From positions 558,001 through 622,000 of the forward strand of contig NW_026782019.1 of assembly GCF_031769215.1 (NCBI RefSeq): a stretch of DNA of 64,000 nucleotides, read 5' to 3'. The notes beneath the pieces are model-generated. The model was not told where the DNA came from. It ran no database searches and saw only the letters and a program-made list of their open reading frames with translations. This stretch comes from Ylistrum balloti (taxonomy: Eukaryota). Of the stretch, positions 13,455 through 26,906 are shown in pieces. Positions within the stretch are counted from its first letter, which is position 1. Each line of letters starts with the position of its first letter. The position numbers and the translations under genes are program-made.

Positions 13455-15997
13455 AAGGACGTGGAGTCTATCCAGTACAGGTAAACTCATTTACTATAAG
13501 ACGTGGTGTCTATTCAGTACAGGTATACTCATTTACTAGGACACGTCAGTGTCTATTCAGTACAGTTATACTTATTTACTAGGACACGTCAGTGTCTATT
13601 CAGTACAGGTGTACTCATTTACTAGAAGACGTAGTGTCAATTCAGTACAGGTGTACTAATTTACTAGAAGACGTAGTGTCTATTCAGTACAGGTATACTC
13701 ATTTACTAGGACACGTCAGTGTCTATTCAGTACAGGTGTACTCATTTACTAGAAGACGTGGTGTCTATTCAGGACAGGTATTCTCATTTACTAGGACACG
13801 TCAGTGTCTATTCAGTACAGGTATACTCATTTACTAGGACACGTCAGTGTCTATTCAGTACAGGTATACTCATTTACTAGGACACGTCAGTGTCTATTCA
13901 GTACAGGTATACTCATTTACTAGGACACGTCAGTGTCTATTCAGTACAGTTATACTTATTTACTAGGACACGTCAGTGTCTATTCAGTACAGGTATACTC
14001 ATTTACTAGAAGACGTAGTGTCAATTCAGTACAGCTATACTCATTTACTAGGACACGTCAGTGTCTATTCAGTACAGGTATACTCATTTACTAGGACACG
14101 TCAGTGTCTATTCAGTACAGGTGTACTCATTTACTAGGACACGTCAGTGTCTATTCAGTACAGGTGTACTCATTTACTAGAAGACGTAGTGTCTATTCAG
14201 TACAGGTGTACTCATTTACTAGAAGACGTAGTGTCTATTCAGTACAGGTGTACTCATTTACTAGAAGACGTGATGTCTATTCAGTACAGGTATACTCATT
14301 TACTAGAAGACGTAGTGTCTATTCAGTACAGGTATACTCATTTACTAGGACACGTCAGTGTCTATTCAGTACAGGTGTACTCATTTACTAGAAGACGAAG
14401 TGTCTATTCAGTACAGGTATACTCATTTACTAGAAGACGTAATGTCTATTCAGTACATGTATACTCATTTACTAGAAGACGAAGAGTCTATTCAGTACAG
14501 GTATACTCATTTACTAGTGACAGTACAGTGTCTATTCAGTACAGGTGTACTCATTTACTAGAAGACGTGATGTCTATTCAGTACATGTATACTCATTTAC
14601 TAGAAGACGTGATGTCTATTCAGTACATGTATACTCATTTACTAGAAGACGTAGTGTCTATTCAGTACAGGTGTACTCATTTACTGGAACACGTCAGTGC
14701 TTATTCTGTACAGGTGTACTCATTTACTAGGACACGTCAGTGTCTATTCAGTACAGGTATACTCATTTACTAGAAGACGTAGTGTCTATTCAGTACAGGT
14801 ATACTCATTTACCAGGACACGTCAGTGTCTATTCAGTACAGGTATACTCATTTACTAGGACACGTCAGTGTCTATTCAGTACAGGTGTACTCATTTTCTA
14901 GAAGACGTGGTGTCTATTCAGTACAGGTATACTCATTTACTAGGACACGTCAGTGTCTATTCAGTGCAGGGATACTCATTTACTAGGACACGTCAGTGTC
15001 TATTCAGTACAGGTGTACTCATTTACTAGAAGACGTGGTGTCTATTCAGTACAGGTATACTCATTTACCAGGACACGTCAGTGTCTATTCAGTACAGGTA
15101 TACTCATTTACTAGGACACGTCAGTGTCTATTCAGTACAGGTGTACTCATTTTCTAGAAGACGTGGTGTCTATTCAGTACAGGTATACTCATTTACTAGG
15201 ACACGTCAGTGTCTATTCAGTGCAGGGATACTCATTTACTAGGACACGTCAGTGTCTATTCAGTACAGGTGTACTCATTTACTAGGACACGTCAGTGTCT
15301 ATTCAGTACAGGTGTACTCATTTACTAGAAGACGTAGTGTCTATTCAGTACAGGTGTACTCATTTACTAGAAGACGTGATATCTATTCAGTACAGGTATA
15401 CTCATTTACTAGAAGACGTAGTGTCTATTCAGTACAGGTATACTCATTTACTAGGACACGTCAGTGTCTATTCAGTACAGGTGTACTCATTTACTAGAAG
15501 ACGAAGTGTCTATTCAGTACATGTATACTCATTTACTAGAAGACGTGATGTCTATTCAGTACATGTATACTCATTTACTAGGACACGTCAGTGTCTATTC
15601 AGTACAGGTATACTCACTTACTAGAAGACGTAGTGTCTATTCAGTACAGGTGTACTCATTTACTAGAAGACGTGATGTCTATTCAGTACATGTATACTCA
15701 TTTACTAGAAGACGTGATGTCTATTCAGTACATGTATACTCATTTACTAGAAGACGTAGTGTCTATTCAGTACAGGTGTACTCATTTACTGGAACACGTC
15801 AGTGCTTATTCTGTACAGGTGTACTCATTTACTAGGACACGTCAGTGTCTATTCAGTACAGGTATACTCATTTACTAGAAGACGTACTGTCTATTCAGTA
15901 CAGGTATACTCATTTACTAGAAGACGTACTGTCTATTCAGTACATTTATACTCATTTACTAGGACACGTCAGTATCTATTCAGTACAGGTTTACTCA
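13455..15997. repeat. Minisatellite array, mixed 42/43-nt units, ~59 copies
   Basis: Units GACACGTCAGTGTCTATTCAGTACAGGT(A/G)TACTCATTTACTAG (43 nt) and AAGACGTAGTGTCTATTCAGTACAGGT(A/G)TACTCATTTACTAG (42 nt). The overlapping SIQYRYTHLL ORFs are artefacts. Confidence 0.97.
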
Positions 15998-17439
15998 GAC
16001 GTGCTTTTAGCGAAATTTTTATGCAAAATTGATGCATGTTTGTGCAAAAGTCAGGGAATGGGCTATTTTCTTTACTAAATTTGTTTCCAAGATATGTGTT
16101 TTATATTCTAGAACATAGCGAAATGAAATCGGAAGTAACACAGTAAAAAGGTTGTGTATCACTCATCATGTCCACACAGCAATGTCAAATCTCCACGTTT
16201 ACCCAATCTTTCTTTCATCTGCACGTTAATGCAGTTTCTTTCTGAAAATCACTATTGGTATAATCTGTCCATATAATTCTACGTTAACTCCCATCCTCCG
16301 CTCCACGTATCACCTCCTGATCTTATAGTAATGAAACTTAAAAATTGATTTGAAATGAGGATTTCTACAAAGTGATAGTGTAAGTAGCTATTTTAATTAT
16401 CTCTTCATATTTACTCTTTGTTCGGAATTGGCTAATGTGTATGAAGACTTCCATGTATTCCAGTCTACTTCATTTAGGGTGTATTTAACAGAATTGGATA
16501 AAAAATTCCATGTTGGAACCAACCAAATTAGTGATATTAATCGGCACAAACAATTTATTTACTCTATGTGATAATAACGTAACGATTCGAAAAGACCCGT
16601 TTAATTTGGAATAACTTTGCAGTTTCATTATAAAAATCAGATAGAAGCCTGGTATAGTAATTAAGGAACAAAAATTGAAAAAAAAAAAAATAAATAAATA
16701 AAAAAGATGTTAGGTGCGGTATTATTTAATACTCAGATTAGATTGAATATCTGACAGCTGAACACAGGACAAAGATAATGTTATACCACAAATGAAGTTT
16801 TCTTTGCTGTACGTACATGTAATGTTACGGTTTAAGTTGAACACGTTTTTCAACACCAAAACACATATACCTAAGTCACAGTTGCCAAAACTAAAGGGGA
16901 TTTTCTAAAATATCAAAACTACTATATTTAGTTTTGAGTCTCAACGACGAACCTGTCTTAATATGTATAAAAACGCTCTCGTGCTAATATATGTTTACAT
17001 ATTTCATTACGATGGTAATAAGGGTATAAAAACATGGTAAAGCTATTGTTTTGACAGTAATCGAACCCATTGCTATCTGCTATACCATTTCATTCTGTCG
17101 TGCAAACAATTCTGTAAACTCCCTCTGTGAACCCACTTTTCTGACTGTCAGAACCTCACTCTATTTTTGGCCGTTATCCCACTTTTCCTGTCGACTAGAC
17201 ATAATCGTTAATTCTCAATGTTAACATACACTTTTCACCGCTATCTCCTTTCGTTCATCCACAACTGCCTTCGTCCCCTTGTCACCATTATTTTCCTAGG
17301 CCGATCTTTTTTACATACGTTATCAATTTCCCCCCTCTTTACAATCACTCTTTCTATCGTCCCATCATAAACACCATTTTCCTATTTTATCCCATTACCA
17401 TTTCCCTTTATTTTCCCCATCATGTACTGGTCAGTCACA

Positions 17440-19510
17440 CATCACCATTATTTCTGTCTGTAAATAATCTGTCTTCATACCATACCATTATTTAGCTCTG
17501 TTGTCATACACTGCTGTCGTCCCCACATCACCGCCATCTCTACTATTTCACACTTCCTATCGTCCGCACATGAAGAACACACCTCTTATCTTGTCCCCAT
17601 ATCACCGCCATCTCTACTATTTCACACTTCCTATCATCCGCACATTAAGAACACATCTCTCATCTTGTCCCCACGTTACCACATTCTCTCTTTACAATCT
17701 CACGCTGCCTGTCAACCCAATCCCCACCCTCCCCTTACCACCATGTCCATTAGGTAACACTGTCAATCGTCCCCACATTACCACATTCTCACTTTACTCT
17801 CTCACGCTGCCTGTCGGCCTCATATCACTACTTCTCACTTTTACCTCACAATACCTGTCAACTTAAATAACGACTATCTTTTTTCTATTATTTCACACTT
17901 CCTATCTTCAATACATTACCACCATCTCACTCTATCCTCTTAAGCTTCCTGTCGTCCTCACATAACGATTAGGTCTCTGTATTATATAACGGTTGCTGCC
18001 ATCCCAACATTGCAACCGTCTCCTTCTATCAACTCACAATTCCTGTTAGCCATTATACCACCATCTCTCTTTATTATCTCACGCTGCCTGTCGTCTCCAC
18101 ATTACCACCATCTCTCTTTATTATCTCACGCTGCCTGTTGGCCCCACATTACCACCATCTCTCTTTATCATCTCCCGCTGCCTGTCATCCCTACATTACC
18201 ACCATCTCTCTTTATCATCTCACGCTGCCTGTCATCCCCACATTACCACCATCTCTCTTTATTATCTCACGCTGCCTGTCGTCTCCACATTACCACCAAC
18301 TCTCTTTATTATCTCACGCTGCCTGTCATCCCCACATTACCACCATCTCTCTTTATCATCTCACGCTGCCTGTCATCCCCACATTACCACCAACTCTCTT
18401 TATTATCTCACGCTGCCTGTCATCCCCACATTACCACCATCTCTCTTTATCATCTCCCGCTGCCTGTCATCCCCACATTACCACCATCTCTCTTTATCAT
18501 CTCACGCTGCCCGTCATCCCCACATTACCACCATCTCTCTTTATCATCTCCCGCTGCCTGTCGTCTCCACATTATCACCAACTCTCTTTATTATCTCACG
18601 CTGCCTGTCATCCCCACATTACCACCATCTCTCTTTATCATCTCCCGCTGCCTGTCATCCCTACATTACCACCATCTCTCTTTATCATCTCCCGCTGCCT
18701 GTCGTCTCCACATTACCACCATCTCTCTTTATCATCTCCCGCTGCCTGTCATCCCCACATTACCACCATCTCTCTTTATCATCTCACGCTGCCCGTCATC
18801 CCCACATTACCACCATCTCTCTTTATCATCTCCCGCTGCCTGTCGTCTCCACATTATCACCAACTCTCTTTATTATCTCACGCTGCCTGTTGGCCCCACA
18901 TTACCACCATCTCTCTTTATTATCTCACGCTGCCTGTCATACCCACATTACCACCATCTCTCTTTATCATCTCACGCTGCCTGTCATCCCCACATTACCA
19001 CCATCTCTCTTTATTATCTCACGCTGCCTGTCATCCCCACATTACCACCATCTCTCTTTATCATCTCACGCTGCCCGTCATCCCCACATTACCACCATCT
19101 CTCTTTATCATCTCCCGCTGCCTGTCGTCTCCACATTATCACCAACTCTCTTTATTATCTCATGCTGTCTGTCATCCCCACATTACCACCATCTCTCTTT
19201 ATTATCTCACGCTGCCTGTCGTTCCCACATTACCATTGTTTCCCTGTACAATTATCTCACAATTCCTGCTCTTCTCTTTACCACTATATCTCTCTTTATC
19301 ATATTACAACTCCTGTTGTCCCTGATTACCACCATCTTACAATTCCCTGTCGTCCCCGCATTACCACTATCTCTCTTTACTATCTAACACTTCCTGTTAT
19401 CCCCACATTACCACTATCTCTCTTTACTATCTAATACTTCTTGTCATCCCCACATTACCACTATCTCTCTTTACTATCTAATACTTCCTGTCATCCCCAC
19501 ATCACCACCA
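17440..19510. repeat. Minisatellite array, 47-nt unit; homogeneous core ~18040-19235 with degenerate flanks
   Basis: Unit CATCTCTCTTTATCATCTCACGCTGCCTGTCATCCCCACATTACCAC. The plus strand is strongly C/T-rich and G-poor. Confidence 0.95.
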
Positions 19511-22500
19511 CCACTCTCTATCGTCCTCATCCCCTCCCTTCCCATCTCCTGTTAGCTCTTTCTTTCTACAGTCCTAATACCATTTCCTCATCAGATCGAT
19601 CTAAAAATAAGCCCTTACTCAGCAATATCCTCGGGAATTAACACGGGTTTTATGGAGTTTCAATTATCTTTCCCTATTGACTTTGATATCGGCAGTCACT
19701 ATTATTTATTAAAACAGTGTTTTAATTCTTTCCTACATCATTACACATGTAATAAAAGCACAACTTCGTGACGCACCATTATAGAAACTACCAAATCGGT
19801 TTTATTTTTTTAATTGACGTCATCAAAACCGTACCTCCATCTTCAAAGAAAATATGACATACATGTCCAAGGTCATCTGTTTAGTTGGGAATTACTCTGT
19901 AATTTCTTAGTGTATTCGCATCAGAAACGAGAAAATATTCAGGACGTCGTGAGCTAGTACTTAGAACTGACGAAATCATTACCAGCATCTAAAGCTCGTT
20001 GATATTAGAAATCACCTGGACGACGCCTCCGTATCCGTCAATATTTCTGAACGAAAGAATAATTGCCATGTTATACCACAGTTGAAGTATTCTTGCTGTT
20101 CGTTAGAGTTTTTTTTCCAATAGAATAATGATACTGGTATTTATACATAAGCGTCAGTTTGCAATGAATAGTGCTTTTGGTTTTGAACGTCGGCTGTGAA
20201 TTTTTGTTTGTTTTTGTTTTTTTGTTTTTTTTGTTTGTTTGGTTTTTTTGTTTTGTTTTGTTTTATTTATTTATTTTTTTTTTACTTGAAAAAAACACGC
20301 ATACGTGTTCTAGATAATCACATATGTCCTGTGTTTTGTGAAGACAGCGATATGAAACCAGAAGAAACGTCCTTGGGTATGTATTTGACAGAAAACTTTA
20401 TAATACACTTGCTTCTGTCCTCGTTTTCACAAGAAAGCGGGACGGGGGCTTCACTTACATAGCTGAGCAAAGCGAATGATCCAGACATATAATATAATGT
20501 AATTTTAAAACAATTGACCTTAATTGTTTCACTCCATTTAATCCCGTAAACTTCTTCCATTCTCAAGATACCTACACTAACTCAAACGGAATAAAAGTGC
20601 AGGCTTCATTCAGGAAGGAGACCTTCAGCTAAGTTTGTTAAGCCTCATTTGCAATCATCACCACATTCGAGCGCCCTTAGAGGTCTGCTACAATTAATCA
20701 TGCTGTCTGTTTCAAATTACCACACTACCGTTCTAGCATTACAACCCATCGGAAACCTCAAAACTTGGTAATGATTGATGCAGTGATGAACATTCTCTCT
20801 ATACTGTTGAAAGAATAAGTATAATGATTTCTAGGTTTGTGTTCATTAATAATTCTTCAATTACTGATCAGCTTTGCTTGTTGTCTGAAGTACGCCATGA
20901 ATGACAAACGAGTATTCGCAACGAGGTGACGGAATCGAAAGCTCCTCACTCGAAGACGAATACAGCCGATAAACGGATTAACGACGCGCGCCGAAACGTA
21001 TGTTCATTTATGACAAAATAGCGCTAACCACTTAATGTAGATCAAGTCTTGGAGAGGCCTTTGGATGTACAAACTAATTTCGGTAAGGTACAATTGATTT
21101 AAATTTGAGCAAATCCCATAAAAGCAACATATTCTATATTACGTGTCTCCTCTTGGTAAGGGAAGGTCATAGCATTGCGGATGTTAGCGTAATGCGTAAC
21201 TCTTAATGTTTAAATAGGAATACCTTGTCTACATCGACAGCGGCCGAGTTGGCGGACGTGGTTGTAAAGCTGTGGTCACCCTTTCAAAATGATTTCCGGG
21301 GAAGACACTACGTCTTAGAAATGCATGGGGAAACTGACAGACTGTGTGATGATAAGGTGAACTATTTATCACGAAGTATTTTATTCCTTATATGCTGTAT
21401 GTTATTGGTCTTTTATCTGAAATTGTATTTTATACTACTTCAATGCTTTGTAATGTTCATGTACTTCGCATGATTAAAGAATCATTTCTCATTCACATAC
21501 GTTTTTATGTAAAATAAATAAATAGATAAATAAATGCTATGTTTATCGGCAGTCATTCGAACACATACTTATATGGAACATCTAAGTTACAATTAATGGT
21601 TTTAAACCATGGGCTAGAGTGTCTACAGGTTGATGTAGTCGGGTCTGATCGGGCCTTAGAGACATGGACAGAACGAGACAGGGAGGAAAGACAGGGCACT
21701 ACATCACTGATATCTACACGGTACATGAGATTAAGCAGTTTGGTTTAGAAATATTTTTTACATTTTGAGATTTTTTTTTAAATGCAAGCTTTCGAAAACG
21801 TGTTTTTCCTTCATTAAGCAAGGGTTGCAACTATTCGGAGAATGGACGAAAATGTAATCAGCTGTTAAATTGTCACGACATATCTTCGTTCCAATGACAC
21901 GCTTCTGCTGTAGACAGTCTGAGCACGTTGATGTATCATTAATTTCACCCCTTATTTGGGATCTAAATGGGATGATGAGTTTCAGATAAGCATCTTCTTG
22001 AAATCCGCGATCTGTGTGAGGATAGTGGTAAATTCCTAAAAAATGCGTGAATTGTTTTCGTGACAAAAACGATTTTTCCTGTTATGGCTGTAGACCCAGA
22101 GTCTGACTGACGCCTTTCATTATATAAAGTCATCGGAATAGGGCACAAAACAAATGGTTTTTTGTTTGTTTTTTTTTCGTATTGTGTTTCAAAGCACACA
22201 CGGCGATACTGAAGTTTGGTGATATTTTAATAGTTGAATTAGAAACAGGCGGTGTTAATGTTTTCCATGCCACTAGTTACAGGTGAAAAATGAACTGTAA
22301 GTAACTGTCAGGTATTCAAACCATGAAAATGCTAATAAGCTGGTAGCTTGATGTACTGCAACGAGTTTTAACCAATGGCGATCAAAGAGATCAACCTAAT
22401 TAACAGATATCGTCTCCTTCGTGGCAGTGCTGGGTATATGTACTGACAACAGAAAATACCGCACTGTTAAATTCTATTATATCAGATTTGGTGTTAATTT

Positions 22501-23369
22501 TTGAAATTGGTCCTAAAATATTATCTATATCAGCTGTCATTGATGAAACCTGTTAGCACTATCTGTAGGGCATAGCCAAAGAAAGATTCAAACATCGCGC
22601 AAAGCCGTAAACAAATTCCAGCTTAAATCGATTTTTACTTGTTATATCAATACCGACGGACAGGTAACATATATAGTTTTTCATTTATTCTAAGATTGTA
22701 CAAAGACATATAATTAAATCGCACGTTTCAATTTAAATTTGGAATTAGAGACAGGAAACCAAATATTGAAATGAAATTGCATTATATTTAGCTCAAAAGA
22801 AAACTGTAATTGTCTATTCGTTATGATATATTCTCGTGTTTGGAACTATACATAACTTGGTAAGATTTCCCATGTGTTCTCATCAGATAAACAAATGATG
22901 ATATCAGGACGGTGCCACCGCTTGGGACACATACATATTTTACAACGAGAATCCAGACCTAAACTTGAACATAACAAGGATAGGTTTGGATAGTCTTTGA
23001 ACATTATTATAGCTGGTAATGAAAAAAAAAATCTTATTGAGATTTAAAAAAAAGTTTGCTTTGAAGGCCTTCTAGAACCTTGGATACCCGAACTCGTTTC
23101 CAAGCAAGGCTAGGACCAAACTGTGTGCCATTTCCTTACGTACGACGACCTGAAGATATCGTTAGCTTAAGTGGTGGTCTCTGAAGCATTTAAAAAAATC
23201 CCATTTTTTATCGCAAAATGGAAGTGTTTGAACTAACGTTGTCAGATTTAAACAGCCGCGGTTTATAATTGAATAAATCATTTGATGAAACATCTGTACA
23301 TTATGTATAGTAATTACAGTGATAATCCAAACTCTAATTCATTAAAACTAAGGCATATGAACATAAAAG

Positions 23370-23545
23370 AAAAAAAAGAAGATTTACACGAAGAATCATT
23401 AAGTACAGGGAGAATAAGACAAGACGTTCCGGATGATTAAGCGTCTTCTGCTTCATCGACGACACTCGCGATGTAAATCTTGGGCAATCCAATTAAGAAA
23501 TGTCACGTTCTCTAATGAGAACATTCTATAAAACAAGGACACAAT
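23370..23545 (-). mobile_element. Penelope-like element 3' region fragment
   Basis: GGAGAATAAGACAAGACGTTCCGGATGATTAAGCGTCTTCTGCTTCATCGACGACACTCGCGATGTAAATC aligns by eye with the copy at 10265-10340. Confidence 0.65.
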
Positions 23546-26500
23546 GTATCTGCTGCTTTTATCAAATTCATTAATTAAACTCATGTGCTATGTATTCAGG
23601 AAAGTTGCAACTTCCTTTTGTTCCCTACAGTAAATGCCACTGAATCACTCATTGCAAATGATACTGGGTTTTTCAAACTATCAGCCTTTAAGAAATGTGT
23701 TTAGCCTTGTATGTAGTCGTGTTAATATCACACCGCGTTAGGATGCCCTCTAAATGCCACCTAAACTGACAGCGGCCTTAGATATTAGTGTCCACACATA
23801 AACAAAGTTGATAACAGTTGCCGTTTACAGATGCAAACCATTCTGCATGAAGGAATTTATTACCATTTGCTTAAAAGGAAGACAATAAAATAACGGAGAA
23901 AAAATTCACTCAATTTTTCAGTATAAGATTCCAGCAATTTATCCTCTATAAAAACCACTGTAACCATGATCGGCCAGTTTTTGTATCAACTATGTCCCTA
24001 TTTACCTCCACGATGGATAGCGAACAATAAATACCGTCGGGCCAATTTTATAGCAGCACCGGACAATTGCTTTGTCACGGTTTCCAAGTCTATTTCCTTT
24101 TATTTTTAGTATTTGCCTACATATTTAGCCACTGGTTTCAATAGCGTAATCAATAGCAAGCAATTTATCGTCGTTAAAGCGAGCCGAACAGGAGAAATAC
24201 ACAGCACTTACGTGGGGTTACAAAAGAAATGCCATTTAGCTGTGGAATTCCAGGTGTGGTACCGAGACGTGTCTTGTCACAGATCATTCACGAAAATATG
24301 AATTAACATATCTCAAAAACCGAGATAAGGATATTCTATGATGCTGCTTCCAACCATCGGAAGTCTCACTTCCTTTTGCTTCCTGTCCTTCACGTATCTT
24401 ATTCAAATCAAAGTTGAGCTATATGCTATATTGGTTTCAAGGTTTTAGATTTACGTCCGGCCCATCTGTCTTTTGACATAAGGATATACTCAAATCATTA
24501 TTTTTTTTTCAAAGATGTTATACATATGTTCTTAACGTTAATCTAGACTCAATTAAATGACTTGTCTGTATATAAAAATGTCTACTTACATCCGTCTTTG
24601 TCTTCTATGTCTCTTAAGTAAAAAATACATTGGTTATTTTATAATATTGGTATAGTTTTATGCTATCATATCTAATGAATGGTTTATCCAAGCAACAACA
24701 GTAATTTATGATTTGTCTCAGAATGTGATTTCGCAGTATATTGTATAAACTCACAACAATAAGTTTTGAGGCATGTATTGTGTGATATTACGTTTGCTTG
24801 GTGGTACCTTACCTTTTCATGAGTCTACGGGTAAGTCCAGGTCTTGTTAATATTTCCCTGGTATTTTTTTTTTTTTTTTATTTTGTTTCTTTTTAGTTTG
24901 GATTATGACTTTTTAGACATGACTAAAACATTTTGGTATTTTTTTGTTGTTGTTTATTTTGGAAGAGATTGAGTGTGGTACCTTACTCATCCGTACTTCT
25001 TACTCGCTTTCTTTAACTGGATTTGTACAAAGTCCTTGCCAATCGTTTTCGTATAGGGTCACAAATTTGTCAATACAGTTAATCGATGACGTCTTTGTCC
25101 AACGTGTTATGTACGTGGAGTTTGTTTTAACTCATCGTATTTAAGATATTTCCGGATGTGGTACATTTCAGTTAACATTAATGCATACATATCAGTTCAG
25201 TGACATACTGAGGTCATATTAAGAATCATTTCTAATCTCTGTATGGCTCTGAAAATATGTATATTGAGACTTTTACTTTTTTTTTCTGTGACATGAATAC
25301 GATTTTTTTTAAATATAGCGTGATGTAATGTATCAACTAGTTCAACGATGAAATATCTCAAAATATCTTGTTCGACATAAATAGATTAGTAGATATATTT
25401 TTTTCTTTTCCTTTCACATTTCAAACAGTCTCATTGTAATCTTTCTTTTCTTTAATCATCGTTTTGTCTATTTTGGAACTGGAGCTACCATGCCGTTAAT
25501 AGGTCTACATCTTTTTTACTTTTTGATAAATAATATTCTATTTACTTTATTAAATGGAATAAATGGCACTCGTCTCGTTGATTATCACACAATATCTAGG
25601 GCCTAAAGTCAGAAAATATGTGCGCGACATGAGGGAGGTAGACGACGAGAAAGGATACTTCAACACGCCCCAGACAAACTAGAGTAGACATACGTTACCA
25701 TCTACAAAGGACACCAATGTAGCCCTCAATAGCTCAAGGACACGGACCGTCCATCTGAGCCGGGAGACGGTGACAGCTTTACAAATCTGCGAATTGTACA
25801 ATTGTAAACTCGTGGTCTAAAACCGTCATATAAAAGCCGAGACAGGACATACGTCCTCTTAGAGATCAACATTGAAGTTATATAATATATTTTTATCTTA
25901 TTTTATTATTGTCACTGGTGTATAAACTGCATTTATTTACATTATGCACAGCGTGTTATGTTGAATTTTCTGTAAAATAATGCTGTTTATTCACTGATAA
26001 ACTATTAAAAAGAATTAAGCATTAGGAGAGAAATGTATCGGTGAGTCAAGATGAATGTAATAAATTTGTTTTGTAGACTGTAGCTGACAAATGATAAGTT
26101 TGAGTTTTCTAAGCTGTCTTTCATACATCTCTATGCACACCTGTTTGCCGGGAGATTGAAACCACTCGTAAGATACGTACGGACACCAGGTATCACAGAA
26201 ACACTACTTAGTAAATGAGATCAGACATAGGTTTATATATATATTTCTCTGTATTCCTTATTCAGCACAAATATATCACAGGCATAGTTGTGCTGTCTAA
26301 TGCTGCCCTTGTTGTTCAGATATAATCTTTAATTTCTCAATATCCCCACATTGATTTTTAAGAATATAACTTCACATAATAATATAATTATTGCGGTTTC
26401 CACGGTCTGTACTTAGTCTATTTTGTCGTCGTTTTATTCTTTTTTATGCTTGTACTTAAAAAAGACAAACTTGCTATTCAATGGTTTTCACATCTCATTG

Positions 26501-26906
26501 ACATTCTGTATCCCTGATTGGCCGTATGTTTTATCAGCCACAAATAGATATACAGAATAGATGTACACTATATGTAAAAGCATTTGAACAAATCTACCCT
26601 TGTGTGGTCTTCCTTGGATATTGGCATCAGATTTGAATAATAGATGTTTGATATCCTAGGTAAAGTTTGTAAAATAAAATGACTTAATTCTTTAAAATAT
26701 TGTTTTACATTCCTTTTCTCGTTATATTGACCTGTCAATGTACTTATATAGACCTATCTAGTGTTAATTCGTTATGTCATCTTTTGTTTTGTCCTTCTGC
26801 TTAATCCCTATGTTAGTTGTGTAGAATTACACAGGCACACAGGAGATATTAGCACCACCTACACAAATATAGTTACATACAGAAAGGTCAAAAAGGAGTT
26901 AAACAA

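Noticed and set aside
13455-15997. SECIS or K-turn-like AUGA...UGAA on the minus strand
   Set aside because: The helix register is incompatible with the tandem G.A quartet, helix II is too short, and there is no apical AA.
13592-16078. Many overlapping SIQYRYTHLL / VYSVQVYSF ORFs
   Set aside because: Translations of the 42/43-nt satellite that shift frame with each unit variant.
18010-19434. 474-aa, 395-aa and 165-aa ORFs in the 47-nt array
   Set aside because: The unit length is not a multiple of 3, all frames are open only because the strand lacks stop codons, and there are no plausible start or splice signals.
21224-21313. Possible additional minus-strand UTR exon (ttctaag|...GACAAG|gtattc)
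   Set aside because: Splice signals are only moderate and nothing else in the sequence supports it.
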